From positions 32,001 to 96,000 of the forward strand of contig JBFJCP010000008.1 in assembly GCA_041615815.1 (NCBI GenBank): a DNA stretch of 64,000 nucleotides, in the 5' to 3' direction. This DNA is from Gemmatimonadales bacterium (GTDB lineage: Bacteria; Gemmatimonadota; Gemmatimonadetes; Gemmatimonadales; GWC2-71-9). The notes under the pieces are model-generated. The model was not told where the DNA came from and ran no database searches. It saw only the letters and a list, made by a program, of their open reading frames with translations. Below are positions 28,154 through 37,873 of this stretch, in pieces (positions within the stretch are counted from its first letter, which is position 1; each line of letters begins with the position of its first letter). The position numbers and the translations under genes were made by a program.

Positions 28154-28423
28154 CTAGCTCACGGGCTTCCGAGGACGGCTGGCAGCCTGTCGGAGCGAGC
28201 GCGGCGCCCTTCTCCAGAGTCGGACCTCGGACTGGGAGAGCAGCTCACCCAACACGGCGCGGGTGCGCTGGTCCACCGGCAGCTCGAGCCGCATCTCGAG
28301 GCGGTAATCGACCCGATCCTGCCCGCGACCGGTCAGCACGAAGCCTGTCCGGACCGGCTCGACGGCGTCGACCTCGATGTCGGCCACTGGGACGAAATCC
28401 TCGGCGTTGGACTGGGGGGACAT
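28154..28423 (-). CDS. Small hypothetical protein
   Basis: GGAG RBS; 89-aa protein-like ORF. Confidence 0.65.
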   Translation of the reverse strand: MSPQSNAEDFVPVADIEVDAVEPVRTGFVLTGRGQDRVDYRLEMRLELPVDQRTRAVLGELLSQSEVRLWRRAPRSLRQAASRPRKPVS

Positions 28424-28554
28424 GGGCTGCTCCGGGAAAGAGGCCGTCGTTACAGGAGAGTGCCGCTCGAAGGGAGGGGAGTCAAGGGTCGGCCTTGGCG
28501 CACCCCCGTGGACCTGGGTAGATTACACCGGATTTCTGCTGGGAGTCACGAGTC

Positions 28555-28812
28555 GTGGGACGTCGAGGAATCAAGGAATACCGCGCAGCCGAAGCCCTGC
28601 AGCTCATTCTGGCGGATCGTGATCGCGAGGATCTGAACTGCCCGTCCTGCGGACATGCCAGCATCCAGCGGGTCCCCAAACGACGCCTGCCGAAGTCGCG
28701 GCGAGAAGCCCACCGCCGGGTGACGCTCCGCTGCTCGAAGTGCGGCCGACAGGCCGTCTACGTGCCTCGCAACGTCACCCAGCCATCGGACAAGGAACTC
28801 CTGGCCCAGTAG
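28555..28812 (+). CDS. Small zinc-ribbon protein
   Basis: CPSCG...CSKCG pairs; GGAG upstream. Confidence 0.65.
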   Translation: MGRRGIKEYRAAEALQLILADRDREDLNCPSCGHASIQRVPKRRLPKSRREAHRRVTLRCSKCGRQAVYVPRNVTQPSDKELLAQ

Positions 28813-28836
28813 AGGCGCGACACAGCCCCGAGCACG

Positions 28837-29283
28837 CTACGCCAGCGGCAGACCCCAACGATCGACCGGACTCTCCAGGGCAAAGTCCACCGTCACGGTG
28901 CAGCCAGCCGAGCGCGCAGCATCGACATGTGCGACCAAAGCCCGAATCTCTCCCAGGCGTAACTTGAGGAGAAAGCCTCCGTCACTGCTCAGACGGTGAC
29001 ACTCGAGAATCTCGTCTACCGCGGCCCATTGCTTGACGAGGCGATCCACCCGCACACTCACACCCGGGATCACCCTGAGGTATGCCAAGATCGGACGCCC
29101 CACCGGCTCCGGCGCCACCCGGGCGTGATAGCCCGTGATTACCCTGGCACCCTCGAGCTTTCTGACCCGCTGAAATGCGCCTGGCGCACTCAAGCCGATG
29201 GCCTCGCCAAGCTCCAGGTAGGCCATCCGGCCATCGGCTTGGAGCAACGCCAGCAAACGTCGGTCCAGAGCGTCAAGATCCAT
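28837..29283 (-). CDS. Lrp/AsnC-family regulator
   Basis: MDLDALDRRLLALLQADGR...LG..IGLS...RV.KLE...ITGYHA. Confidence 0.9.
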   Translation of the reverse strand: MDLDALDRRLLALLQADGRMAYLELGEAIGLSAPGAFQRVRKLEGARVITGYHARVAPEPVGRPILAYLRVIPGVSVRVDRLVKQWAAVDEILECHRLSSDGGFLLKLRLGEIRALVAHVDAARSAGCTVTVDFALESPVDRWGLPLA

Positions 29284-29501
29284 AATGAAGTAATGTAAAA
29301 GCTTTCGTATACAAAATCAGCTTTTTACAGTATTTCGTTTTACATAATAATATAAAACACCGGTGTCATTGAAGTTACTCTTCTTGCACGATGCTCCGTC
29401 GGCCACTGCCCCGATCGAGAGGCGCATCGTCACTCCTCTTTTTCACCGGAGAGCGGGACGTTGCAGTATGAGGGTGGGGGATCTTGCAGTCTGCCGTCCT
29501 C

Positions 29502-29535
29502 AAAACGAAGCGCCGGACCAATCGATCCGGCGTTC
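29502..29535 (-). terminator. Probable intrinsic terminator downstream of lepB
   Basis: Minus strand GAACGCCGGA...TCCGGCGCTTC followed by GTTTT. Confidence 0.5.
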
Positions 29536-29569
29536 ACATCGGACTGATCGGCTACTTCGGAGCGGCAGT

Positions 29570-30349
29570 CTAGTCGGGGGTCGAGAAGATCCGTTCCCAA
29601 CGGATGTTGGTCAGGAAGGGCAGGGGTAAGAGTCCGTTGCGATCGAAACTGTAGTAGATGAGCAGGGGCCGGCCGGAGATCCGATCTCGCCCCAAGAACC
29701 CCCAGTACCGGCTGTCATAGGAGTTGTCCCGATTGTCCCCCATGACGAAAAACGAGTCCTGCGGGACCACCACGGGGCCCCAGTTCTTGAGGGTCGGCCG
29801 GTACGTGCGGCGATCCCGTCCGACGAGATACTTCACTTGCCACGCCCGCATGCGGGGATCCTCGGGATCCGACAGGGGATCGGTCCGGGTCACGTACGGC
29901 TCGTCCAGCGGACGCCCGTTGACCTGCAGGATGTTCGATTCCATGGAGAGCGTGTCACCGGGCATCCCAACGAGCCGTTTGACGACGTTCACCCCCGCTT
30001 CGACCGGTGACTCGAAGATCACGATATCGTGCCGGTTGGGCTCGCGAAACGCCGGCAGCCGCCGGTGCACGATCGGGATCTCCGCGCCGTAGAGCGCCTT
30101 GTTGACAAACAGGAAATCACCGATCAGCAACGTGTTTTCCATACTACCGGACGGGATACGGAACGCTTCCACGAGCAGTGCTCGGAGGAAGAACCAGATG
30201 ACCAGCGCGATGACGATCGACTTCACCCATTCTCGCGTGGTCTGGGAACCCGACTTGGTCTTGGTCTCCCCCTCCTTTGCCGGAGCGCCGTTGGAGGAAC
30301 CGCTCGATGCTGCTTCGGTCTTGCGGCGTGTCTCGTTCTTCCTGGGCAC
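29570..30349 (-). CDS. lepB: Signal peptidase I
   Basis: IPSGSMENTL, VKRLVG, MGDNRDNSYDSR. Confidence 0.96.
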   Translation of the reverse strand: MPRKNETRRKTEAASSGSSNGAPAKEGETKTKSGSQTTREWVKSIVIALVIWFFLRALLVEAFRIPSGSMENTLLIGDFLFVNKALYGAEIPIVHRRLPAFREPNRHDIVIFESPVEAGVNVVKRLVGMPGDTLSMESNILQVNGRPLDEPYVTRTDPLSDPEDPRMRAWQVKYLVGRDRRTYRPTLKNWGPVVVPQDSFFVMGDNRDNSYDSRYWGFLGRDRISGRPLLIYYSFDRNGLLPLPFLTNIRWERIFSTPD

Positions 30350-30355
30350 TCTCGC

Positions 30356-31453
30356 TCAATCCTCCGATTCGGAAGCCGGTTCTACCCAATCTGCAATGAA
30401 AAGATTCGTCTCTCCCGTAACACGCCCGTGGCGGTTCGAGGCAAACACGAGTTGCCTTCCATCGGGCGAGAACATGGGAAACCCGTCAAAGTCTCCATGG
30501 GTGGTGACCTGGGTCAGACCGGACCCATCCAGGTTGACGAGATACAGGTCGAAATTCCGGGACCGTGGGTCGCGGTGGTTGGACGCGAAGATGATGCGGC
30601 GTCCATCAGGGTGGAAAAATGGCGCGAAATTGGCACCGCCCAAATTGGTGACTTGCCGCTGATCGGTGCCGTCCGCGTTCATGACCCAGACCTCCATCCG
30701 GCTGGGACGCACGAGGTTTTGGGCCAGCAGCGCTCGATAGTCCGCGATCTCCTCGTCCGTCTGCGGGTGCCACGAGCGATACACGATCCGGCTGCCGTCC
30801 GGCGAGAAAAACGGTCCCCCGTCGTAGCCAAGCGTGTTTGTCAGCCGTGTCACTGCCGTCCCGTCTACGTTCATCACGTAGATATCGAGGTCACCATCCC
30901 TGAGCGACGTGAACACCACCCGCTGTCCATCAGGCGAGAGCGTCGCCTCCGCATCGTAGCGCGGCGAGCGCAGCAACGGTGCGATGCCGCTTCCGTCCGC
31001 GTTGGCCTGATAGATGTCGAAGTCGTGTAGCCCCCAGACGTATCCCCGTGAGAGATCTGGAGGGGGAGGGCATTGGTCGTCGACATGAAACGTGCTGGAA
31101 TAGAGGATGCGGCTCCCACCGGCGAAGAAATACCCGCAGGTCGTGCGGCCCAACCCACTGGAGACGCGACGTAAGTGCCGCCCGTCCACGTCGATCACGT
31201 ACTGTTGATCGCACGTGGAATCGCCCTCCTGACGTTGGAAGATGAGCTGGCGACCGTCGGGCGAGAAATATGCCTCCGCATTCTGTCCGCCAAACGTGAG
31301 CTGACGCAGATTGGCAAAGAACCGCTCTCCTTCGGAGAGCTCGTGCTCGATGGCCGGCGATTCACTGCCGGCTCCACAGGCTCCCGCCACGAGCCCGAGC
31401 GCTGTCACGAGCGCCATCGGCACCGCTTTTGGAATGGCCGATATCGTACGCAT
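30356..31453 (-). CDS. TolB-like PD40-repeat lipoprotein
   Basis: Repeated FSPDG units, LTFGGQNAEAYFSPDG, VAGAC lipobox. Confidence 0.85.
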   Translation of the reverse strand: MRTISAIPKAVPMALVTALGLVAGACGAGSESPAIEHELSEGERFFANLRQLTFGGQNAEAYFSPDGRQLIFQRQEGDSTCDQQYVIDVDGRHLRRVSSGLGRTTCGYFFAGGSRILYSSTFHVDDQCPPPPDLSRGYVWGLHDFDIYQANADGSGIAPLLRSPRYDAEATLSPDGQRVVFTSLRDGDLDIYVMNVDGTAVTRLTNTLGYDGGPFFSPDGSRIVYRSWHPQTDEEIADYRALLAQNLVRPSRMEVWVMNADGTDQRQVTNLGGANFAPFFHPDGRRIIFASNHRDPRSRNFDLYLVNLDGSGLTQVTTHGDFDGFPMFSPDGRQLVFASNRHGRVTGETNLFIADWVEPASESED

Positions 31454-31629
31454 CCCAATAGTATAACCGCCTCGGCCAGGGCTCACGACGCTCCAGTGAC
31501 ATATGCCACCCACCCACGTTGCCGCCAAACGGGGATTGTGCGACCACTCTGGCGGCCTGGGTTACCGAGAGCTCTCATTGTACCCGTCGGGACCACGTAA
31601 GACGTTATTTTGCAAACATTTATATATAC

Positions 31630-31645
31630 TGGCACCCACCTTGCT
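31630..31645 (+). promoter_or_regulatory. Sigma54 -24/-12 promoter
   Basis: TGGCACCCACCTTGCT near-consensus, preceded by an AT-rich IHF-like palindrome. Confidence 0.65.
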
Positions 31646-31680
31646 CTCTCAGAGGATGGAATCAAACCGAGGATACGACG

Positions 31681-32007
31681 ATGAGGCGAGAGGCACGCAA
31701 GGCGGGAGCGTTCCGAGTCGATGGACTCGGGAAGCTGTGCCTCGAGGGACAGGAGGTTGCGAGCTATCTGTTCCAGGTCCCCCATGACGAGGGCCAGTGG
31801 GCACGCCTCGAGGAGATCGTGAACGGGATCGTCGAGCGATCGGCGACGACGCCGCTCCGAGAGCTGCCGGCCATCGCCAAGGAGATGCAGCACGTGTTGG
31901 CCGCGCCGCCGTCGGTCGTGGCGGCGGATCAGCTGAACGCCGCGTTCGACCGCATCATCAAGCTCTTGAAATCTGCGCGCAGTGGGTTGTTCGTCGCGAT
32001 CCCCTGA
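31681..32007 (+). CDS. Small helical hypothetical protein
   Basis: GAGGA RBS; sigma54-like promoter upstream; four-helix-like pattern. Confidence 0.65.
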   Translation: MRREARKAGAFRVDGLGKLCLEGQEVASYLFQVPHDEGQWARLEEIVNGIVERSATTPLRELPAIAKEMQHVLAAPPSVVAADQLNAAFDRIIKLLKSARSGLFVAIP

Positions 32008-32311
32008 GCCCGGGTCGCAACGACGCTCCCATCGATCCCCGTTAGCAGAACACGCCTAGATCCAGCCGCGCGGCAACTCGCGTGGTGTTTCCCAATAGTC
32101 CACTGGGACTCCGCACCCTCCAGCGTGTCCCGGGTGCGCAAGAGGAACGGCACCGTGAGGCTCGGGCCCCGGTTGACCTGCTCACGCGCGCCGCCATCGG
32201 TGTCCGGGCGACACTCAGCCAGAACGGCAACCAATGTACCTGGCAGCAACAGGGCGCCCCGTATGGGACGCCCGTCCGCGCACGCGCGTGAACAACGAGC
32301 TGGCAGCGGCG

Positions 32312-33577
32312 CTAGAAGAAGAACCCCATGTCGAAGCGGCCGCCCAATCCGGTGGCGTCGCTTGCGAACCCGCCCAACGAACCCCCGGCAAGGGTGAACA
32401 AGAAGTGTCGGCTTTCGATCCCCAATCCCGCCGTATACCCAATTCCTTGGTGCCCGCCCAGGATGAGCCCAAGACGGATCGGGAACACGGCGACGGGTCG
32501 CCATGTCGAGCCCACATCCACCACGAACGGCGTTTCGAACTCGCCGTCCACGGGGAGCGTGGCGCTGCCGTCGAGCTGTACGTAGCGACTGGCCCATGCG
32601 CTGGCGGCAAATCGCACGATCCGGGGCAGCGTGATCTGCGTGGCAACCGTATCCTGAATCTGGAACGCCAGGGTCTCGAGCGAATCGTTGACCTCTAACA
32701 GGTTCGTCGTGTTGACGGAGAAGCTGAGGAGCCGCCGCTCCACCTCACCCAACGTCACTCGCCCCACGTTCGCCACCATGGCTTCGAACGCAAAACCCGA
32801 TGTAGGCCATTCGGCACGGAACAAGAAATCGCCCACCACCCCCGAGCCGTTCACCGAAAGCCCCGGTGAAGGAGTTGCCAGGTTCTCGATGTCGAGTCGC
32901 GCCGCAATGCTGTCACCGACGATCGCCAGACGGCTGTCGATCGAGGTTTGGGCCCGGGCATAGGCCAACGGCCTGACGTACCGCCCGCCGAACCCGAAAC
33001 TGAGCTGCACACCGTCTTCCGAACCCAACGGGCCGAGCCGGACCAGCCCATGCACCCCATACTCACTGGTGGCGATTCCGCTCCCACCGGAGCTCCCCAG
33101 GAAGAAGTCCTGCGTACCGCCGAGGCCGTCACGCAGAAGCACGATCGCATCCTCGTCCGCGACAAACGAGCCATACCCCCTCGCCTGAGCGGAAAACCCT
33201 ATTTGGAAGAGTCGATGAACGGGGCCGCCAAAAAAGATACCGGCCTCCCCTTGTCCAGCGCCCTGCAGCGCCGCGCCCGGGGGCACCGCTCCGAGCGTGG
33301 TCACGACGTCACCGATGACCTCGTTGCTTCGGTCGCTCACCAACAGATCGCCGAGATCACTCATGAGAAGCGCGTTGTTTTCCGCGGTTACACCCACGGA
33401 CATGACGAAGCCCCAATGGGGCACCATCAAATGGCGGAAAGGATCGTTGCGCAGCTGCGGAGTGCGACGATAGGCAGCGGCCACGCTCGAGCCGTCCGAC
33501 ATCGGAGCGTCGGACTGAGCCGCCAGCTCCGTGATGGGGAGCAAGGCAGCGATCAACAGAATGCTCGCGCGGTTCAT
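32312..33577 (-). CDS. Putative outer-membrane beta-barrel protein
   Basis: Signal peptide, amphipathic strands, C-terminal DMGFFF. Confidence 0.7.
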   Translation of the reverse strand: MNRASILLIAALLPITELAAQSDAPMSDGSSVAAAYRRTPQLRNDPFRHLMVPHWGFVMSVGVTAENNALLMSDLGDLLVSDRSNEVIGDVVTTLGAVPPGAALQGAGQGEAGIFFGGPVHRLFQIGFSAQARGYGSFVADEDAIVLLRDGLGGTQDFFLGSSGGSGIATSEYGVHGLVRLGPLGSEDGVQLSFGFGGRYVRPLAYARAQTSIDSRLAIVGDSIAARLDIENLATPSPGLSVNGSGVVGDFLFRAEWPTSGFAFEAMVANVGRVTLGEVERRLLSFSVNTTNLLEVNDSLETLAFQIQDTVATQITLPRIVRFAASAWASRYVQLDGSATLPVDGEFETPFVVDVGSTWRPVAVFPIRLGLILGGHQGIGYTAGLGIESRHFLFTLAGGSLGGFASDATGLGGRFDMGFFF

Positions 33578-33889
33578 TGTGATCCTCGTCTGTGATATTG
33601 GGCTCCGTATTCTCTCTCAAAGTCTATGCCACACGACTAGGTCGTTTCTCACAAAAAGACCGTGCGTAAATCGGCTGACCGGCGTGCGGCATATGTGGGA
33701 TTTCGGGGCAGCGGGGGTCGTTTTGGGCTTCTCGACGTGCCTTCCCCCGCGACAACGGGCAACGGCAGTGCTACGACTCTTGCTCTTTGCGACAACGCCA
33801 CCCGGCGGCAGCCACTGCTCAGGAGCCCCCTCTCCACTGGCAACCACAGGCGAGACTCACCGGTTTGTTGGCGTCGGACTGCCGGAACG

Positions 33890-33920
33890 AAAAACGGGAC
33901 GACCGGCGTCGCCCCGTTTT
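33890..33920. terminator. Intrinsic terminator downstream of pruA (bidirectional shape)
   Basis: AAAAACGGGACGAC-CGGC-GTCGCCCCGTTTT. Confidence 0.7.
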
Positions 33921-33946
33921 ACCGCCTCGTGATACTCCGTGCGTTG

Positions 33947-35575
33947 CTACTCGCGCTCCATGAACGGATAGCGATATTCGGTGGGAGGTACGAAGCTCTC
34001 CTTGATCGTCCGCGCCGACACCCATCGCAGCAAGTTCATTTTCGAACCGGCCTTGTCGTTGGTTCCGCTGGCCCGCGAGCCACCGAATGGCTGGTGCCCA
34101 ACGACTGCTCCGGTGGGTTTGTCGTTGATATAGAAGTTACCGGCCGCGTGGCGAAGCGCCGTCGTTGCCTGCTTCACGGCCTGCCGGTCGTTCGCGAACA
34201 CCGCGCCGGTCAACGCATAGGGTGAGGTTTCGTCCACTTGACGCAATAGCGATTCCCAGTCTCGTTCCCGATACACGTAGACGCTGACCACCGGCCCAAA
34301 GATCTCCTCGCACATGGTCCGGTAATCTGGCTTGCGGGCCTGGATGACCGTCGGTTGAATGAAGTAGCCTTCGGAGTCGTCCACGCCGCCGCCGGCGATG
34401 ACGTCCGCGTCTGTAGACTTGCGCGCGTCCTCGATGTAGCTGGCAATCTTCGTGAACGCCGGTTCGTCGATCACCGCACCCATGAAGTTCCGAAAATCCG
34501 CCACATCACCCACAGCAATGTCGCCGATCTCGTGGAGAAGATCGTCCCCGCATTTCTCCCACAGCGAATCCGGCACGTAGACGCGGGACGCCGCACTGCA
34601 CTTTTGACCTTGATACTCGAACGCACCCCGCACGATGGCCGTCCGGAGTGCATCCGCGTCGGCGCTCGCATGTGCAACGATGAAGTCTTTGCCACCGGTC
34701 TCGCCCACGATACGCGGATACGAGCGGTAGCGATCGATGTTGCCACCAATCGCCCGCCAAAGACTCTGAAAAACCTCCGTGGACCCCGTGAAGTGCACAC
34801 CCGCAAAATCGGAGTGCCCGAGAGCCACGTCGGTGATCCGGGACGCCTTCCCGGGAAGGAAGTTGATGACCCCCGGTGGAAGCCCGGCTTCTTCCAACAT
34901 CCGCATGATGAAGTGCCCGCTGAACACCGCCGTGCTAGCCGGCTTCCAGATGACCGTATTGCCCATCAGCGCCGGGGCTGCCGGCAAGTTGCCCGCGATC
35001 GCCGTAAAGTTGAACGGCGTGATCGCATAAATGAAACCCTCGAGTGGCCTGTACTCGACACGATTCCACTCCCCAGCGCCGGAACGCGGTTGGTCCGCAT
35101 ACAACCGCTGTGCGAAATGGACGTTGAAGCGGTAGAAATCGATGAGCTCGCAGGCACTGTCGATTTCGGCCTGATGGGCGGTCTTGCTTTGGCACAGCAT
35201 GGTGGCGGCGTTGAGGGTGTTACGCCACTTGGAGGCGAGGAGTTCGCCAGCCTTGAGGAAGACCGACGCACGATCCTGCCAGGACCAGTGCGACCACTCG
35301 CGATGCGCTTCGGCAGCCGCCGCGATCGCCTGTTCCGCCTCTTTGGCGCCGGCCACATGCCAATTGGCCAACACGTGGCCGTGCCGATGGGGCATGACCG
35401 CCTGTTTACACTGACCGGTGCGCACCTCCTTGCCACCTATGATCAGCGGAATGTCAGCCTGCTGCTCGCTGAGCTCCGTCACGCGACGCTTGAGCGCCTC
35501 GCGCTCGGCCGTTCCCGGCGCATACAGCTGCTCGGGCTCGTTGACGGGTTCCGGCACGTGAAAGACCCCACTCAT
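33947..35575 (-). CDS. pruA: Delta-1-pyrroline-5-carboxylate (L-glutamate gamma-semialdehyde) dehydrogenase
   Basis: PFNFTAI, FTGST, GETGGKDF, EYQGQKCSA, EEIFGP, SGTNDKAG; GGAGG RBS. Confidence 0.95.
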   Translation of the reverse strand: MSGVFHVPEPVNEPEQLYAPGTAEREALKRRVTELSEQQADIPLIIGGKEVRTGQCKQAVMPHRHGHVLANWHVAGAKEAEQAIAAAAEAHREWSHWSWQDRASVFLKAGELLASKWRNTLNAATMLCQSKTAHQAEIDSACELIDFYRFNVHFAQRLYADQPRSGAGEWNRVEYRPLEGFIYAITPFNFTAIAGNLPAAPALMGNTVIWKPASTAVFSGHFIMRMLEEAGLPPGVINFLPGKASRITDVALGHSDFAGVHFTGSTEVFQSLWRAIGGNIDRYRSYPRIVGETGGKDFIVAHASADADALRTAIVRGAFEYQGQKCSAASRVYVPDSLWEKCGDDLLHEIGDIAVGDVADFRNFMGAVIDEPAFTKIASYIEDARKSTDADVIAGGGVDDSEGYFIQPTVIQARKPDYRTMCEEIFGPVVSVYVYRERDWESLLRQVDETSPYALTGAVFANDRQAVKQATTALRHAAGNFYINDKPTGAVVGHQPFGGSRASGTNDKAGSKMNLLRWVSARTIKESFVPPTEYRYPFMERE

Positions 35576-35624
35576 CGCAGGCACCCCTCCTCGTGCGCAC
35601 AGGGGGAATCGAAGATGGCGACGG

Positions 35625-36059
35625 TCAAAACCCCCAAATTCCTCGGGTGACCAGCTCCACGCTGTGACCGTCGGGATCCCGAATGTACAGCGAGCGGCCT
35701 CCACGCGGCCACTCGACCTCCGCCTCGATCGACATACCCTGCACTTTGAAATGGCGCCGCCATTGCACCAAGTCCTCGGCAGTGGTCTCGAATGCAACGT
35801 GCATTTGACCGCTCGCCCCATGAGCTGGCGCTTCCCCGGACCCCGTTCTCGTGGCCCGGGCGTCGAACAGCAGGAGAACGTCCTCGCCCGCGCGGAGGAA
35901 GACGTGCCGCTTCGGATCCCGCCCGAGTAACTCGAACCCAAACACGCGCTGGTAGAACCTCGCCGAGCGATCCAGATCCTCGACATACAACGCGGCTTCG
36001 TGAATCCCGCCCACGGGGGGAATCTCCCGTCCCCCCGTTGGTTTCTCCGACGTCGTCAC
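35625..36059 (-). CDS. VOC/glyoxalase family protein
   Basis: HEAALYVEDL, HVAF, SLYIRDPDGHSVEL. Confidence 0.9.
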   Translation of the reverse strand: MTTSEKPTGGREIPPVGGIHEAALYVEDLDRSARFYQRVFGFELLGRDPKRHVFLRAGEDVLLLFDARATRTGSGEAPAHGASGQMHVAFETTAEDLVQWRRHFKVQGMSIEAEVEWPRGGRSLYIRDPDGHSVELVTRGIWGF

Positions 36060-36113
36060 GGCGGCTCACTCCCGATTCTTCTTCCGCTGCTTCCGCCCCT
36101 TGCGCCTCATGGA

Positions 36114-37214
36114 TCAGAAATGCACGTGCAATTCCAGGCTCACCACGTCGATGTCGGTGGTCACCTGAGGCACGTCATCCAGCAGCGTGTAGAAGGCGGA
36201 TAGCTGCACGAACGACACGGGAAAGGTCTCCAGCCCGAAGCGCATGCGGATGCGCTGATCCTCGGGAACACCCGTCACGTCACCACGGATCTCCGCCCGG
36301 GGATCATGATAACCATAAGTGACCTTGAAGTTTACGCCACGATACAGCAGGAGATCGCCTTCGATGTAGCCAACGAATTGATCCACATCTTCACCCCCAT
36401 CGAAGCTGTCGAACACCGCGTCAGCTTCTCCCAAGAGCCCGAGCGGACCCAACTGCACACCGGCGAAACCACCAAACACCGACCGTTGACTCCCCGGCGC
36501 ACTGTTGCGCGCCGCCGAGGCGCCAAACCGGAACTTCGGAAAGACGAGTGCCGCGCTCCCCGTCACCTGTTTCTGGGAGTTGTTGTCCACCCCGGCGGAG
36601 CCGCCGTTGCTGAGCGCGATGGCCAACGCGAGCGGCCCCGGCTCGAACCCGAGCTCGAACCCGACATCGGGGCTCTGGTAGGTAAATCCCGTTATCGACC
36701 GCACGAAGGCGTCGTCGTCCCACAGACGCAAGCCATAGGGAAGCAGGAACTTACCAGCTTTGGCATACCCGTTCCCCGGCAGTCCCTCCACCAGCGCAAA
36801 GCCCTCGCGAATGAGCGCTCGGTCAGGCCCCACGGTCTGATCCAGGTAGAGCGCAAGGAAGTTCTGGATGACTCGCGCCTCGAGCTGGACCTGTGCTTCG
36901 TTGATGTCGAGGCTCGTCCGCGGCTCCGTCTCGCTCACTGCAGCGGAGGCTTTGGTACGGAGATCGAGACCGATCCCGATCCAGTCGGTGACGGCGCGAC
37001 TGCGAAACGCGAGGGCTTTGGTGGGGAGCTGGGTCTGCGCCCACGCACTACCAAAGTCGTTCCGACCTCCACCACCCGTCCGGTTCACGTGGCACGCCGA
37101 GCACTTGAGACCGGTGCGGAGCGCCAGGTAGGGCTCCTCGGCCGCCGCAAGAGAGGGAGGCATCGCCAGGAGGGTTGCAAAGATCGCTGCAAAGGCACGT
37201 GTGTGTCGGCTCAT
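36114..37214 (-). CDS. Outer-membrane beta-barrel with an N-terminal CxxCH (cytochrome-porin-like)
   Basis: Signal peptide, EPYLALRTGLKCSACH, strand pattern, C-terminal LHVHF. Confidence 0.75.
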   Translation of the reverse strand: MSRHTRAFAAIFATLLAMPPSLAAAEEPYLALRTGLKCSACHVNRTGGGGRNDFGSAWAQTQLPTKALAFRSRAVTDWIGIGLDLRTKASAAVSETEPRTSLDINEAQVQLEARVIQNFLALYLDQTVGPDRALIREGFALVEGLPGNGYAKAGKFLLPYGLRLWDDDAFVRSITGFTYQSPDVGFELGFEPGPLALAIALSNGGSAGVDNNSQKQVTGSAALVFPKFRFGASAARNSAPGSQRSVFGGFAGVQLGPLGLLGEADAVFDSFDGGEDVDQFVGYIEGDLLLYRGVNFKVTYGYHDPRAEIRGDVTGVPEDQRIRMRFGLETFPVSFVQLSAFYTLLDDVPQVTTDIDVVSLELHVHF

Positions 37215-37255
37215 GATCTGGCACCCCAGAGAAGGTCGTTGATTGACTGGGAGCA

Positions 37256-37717
37256 TCAGTTGTCGAGCGCCCCGGCGGAGACCCACGATCGGATGGTGTC
37301 TATTTGCGCCGGGGTGAGCGGCGCCCCACCGCCCGCAGGCATCTGGGCGCAGCAGCCTCCCACCGTCAGATGCGTACCCTGAACCTTGTGCACCAGATAG
37401 CTCGCGTCAGGGTCACTTCGGGCTATGCGCAGTAACGGCGATTGGTTGGACTGCACGTTCACGACGTTCGTAAACGTCTGGCCTTCGCTCAGGTTCATGC
37501 CTTGCTGCGGATTCGTGCCGGCGTGACAGCCGGAGAGCGCGCAGCTTGCGGTGAAAGTGGGCTGTACGTCGCAGGAGAGACTGGAGCCCGGATCGTTGGC
37601 GGGATCACACGGATCACCCGGTGGCTGGGTGGCGGTGCCATCGCCGGCCAGGCACCCGGCCACGCCGAACGCCAGGACTCCAACAACGGTGATCCAACGA
37701 GGAAAGGTCATTGGCAC
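37256..37717 (-). CDS. c-type cytochrome lipoprotein with a CX4CH motif
   Basis: GVAGC lipobox, DVQP.F..SCALSGCH, MP...L...I..W...GA. Confidence 0.75.
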   Translation of the reverse strand: MPMTFPRWITVVGVLAFGVAGCLAGDGTATQPPGDPCDPANDPGSSLSCDVQPTFTASCALSGCHAGTNPQQGMNLSEGQTFTNVVNVQSNQSPLLRIARSDPDASYLVHKVQGTHLTVGGCCAQMPAGGGAPLTPAQIDTIRSWVSAGALDN

Positions 37718-37730
37718 CTCGCCGTGGGGG

Positions 37731-37780
37731 TCGGTCAGTCAGCGATCTTAAGGTATCGGTCCGTCAGCGATCTTAAGGTA
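37731..37780. repeat. Tandem 25-bp duplication (1 mismatch)
   Basis: TCGGTCAGTCAGCGATCTTAAGGTA / TCGGTCCGTCAGCGATCTTAAGGTA. Confidence 0.9.
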
Positions 37781-37784
37781 GAAG

Positions 37785-37811
37785 AGACAGATTCGGACGG
37801 CAAAAAGTTCC
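37785..37811 (-). promoter_or_regulatory. ECF/sigmaE-type promoter for the cytochrome operon
   Basis: GGAACT-17 nt-GTCT on the minus strand. Confidence 0.55.
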
Positions 37812-37873
37812 CTGACACCAAACACCACGGGGCAACGGTGGTTCCGGATGGATCGGAGCCGTACAATTGACGG

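Noticed and set aside
35576..35986. N-terminal extension of PruA (PutA-like fusion)
   Set aside because: The extension overlaps the VOC gene in another frame; a good RBS precedes ATG 35575
37731..37780. CRISPR array
   Set aside because: Only two abutting copies, no spacers and no cas genes
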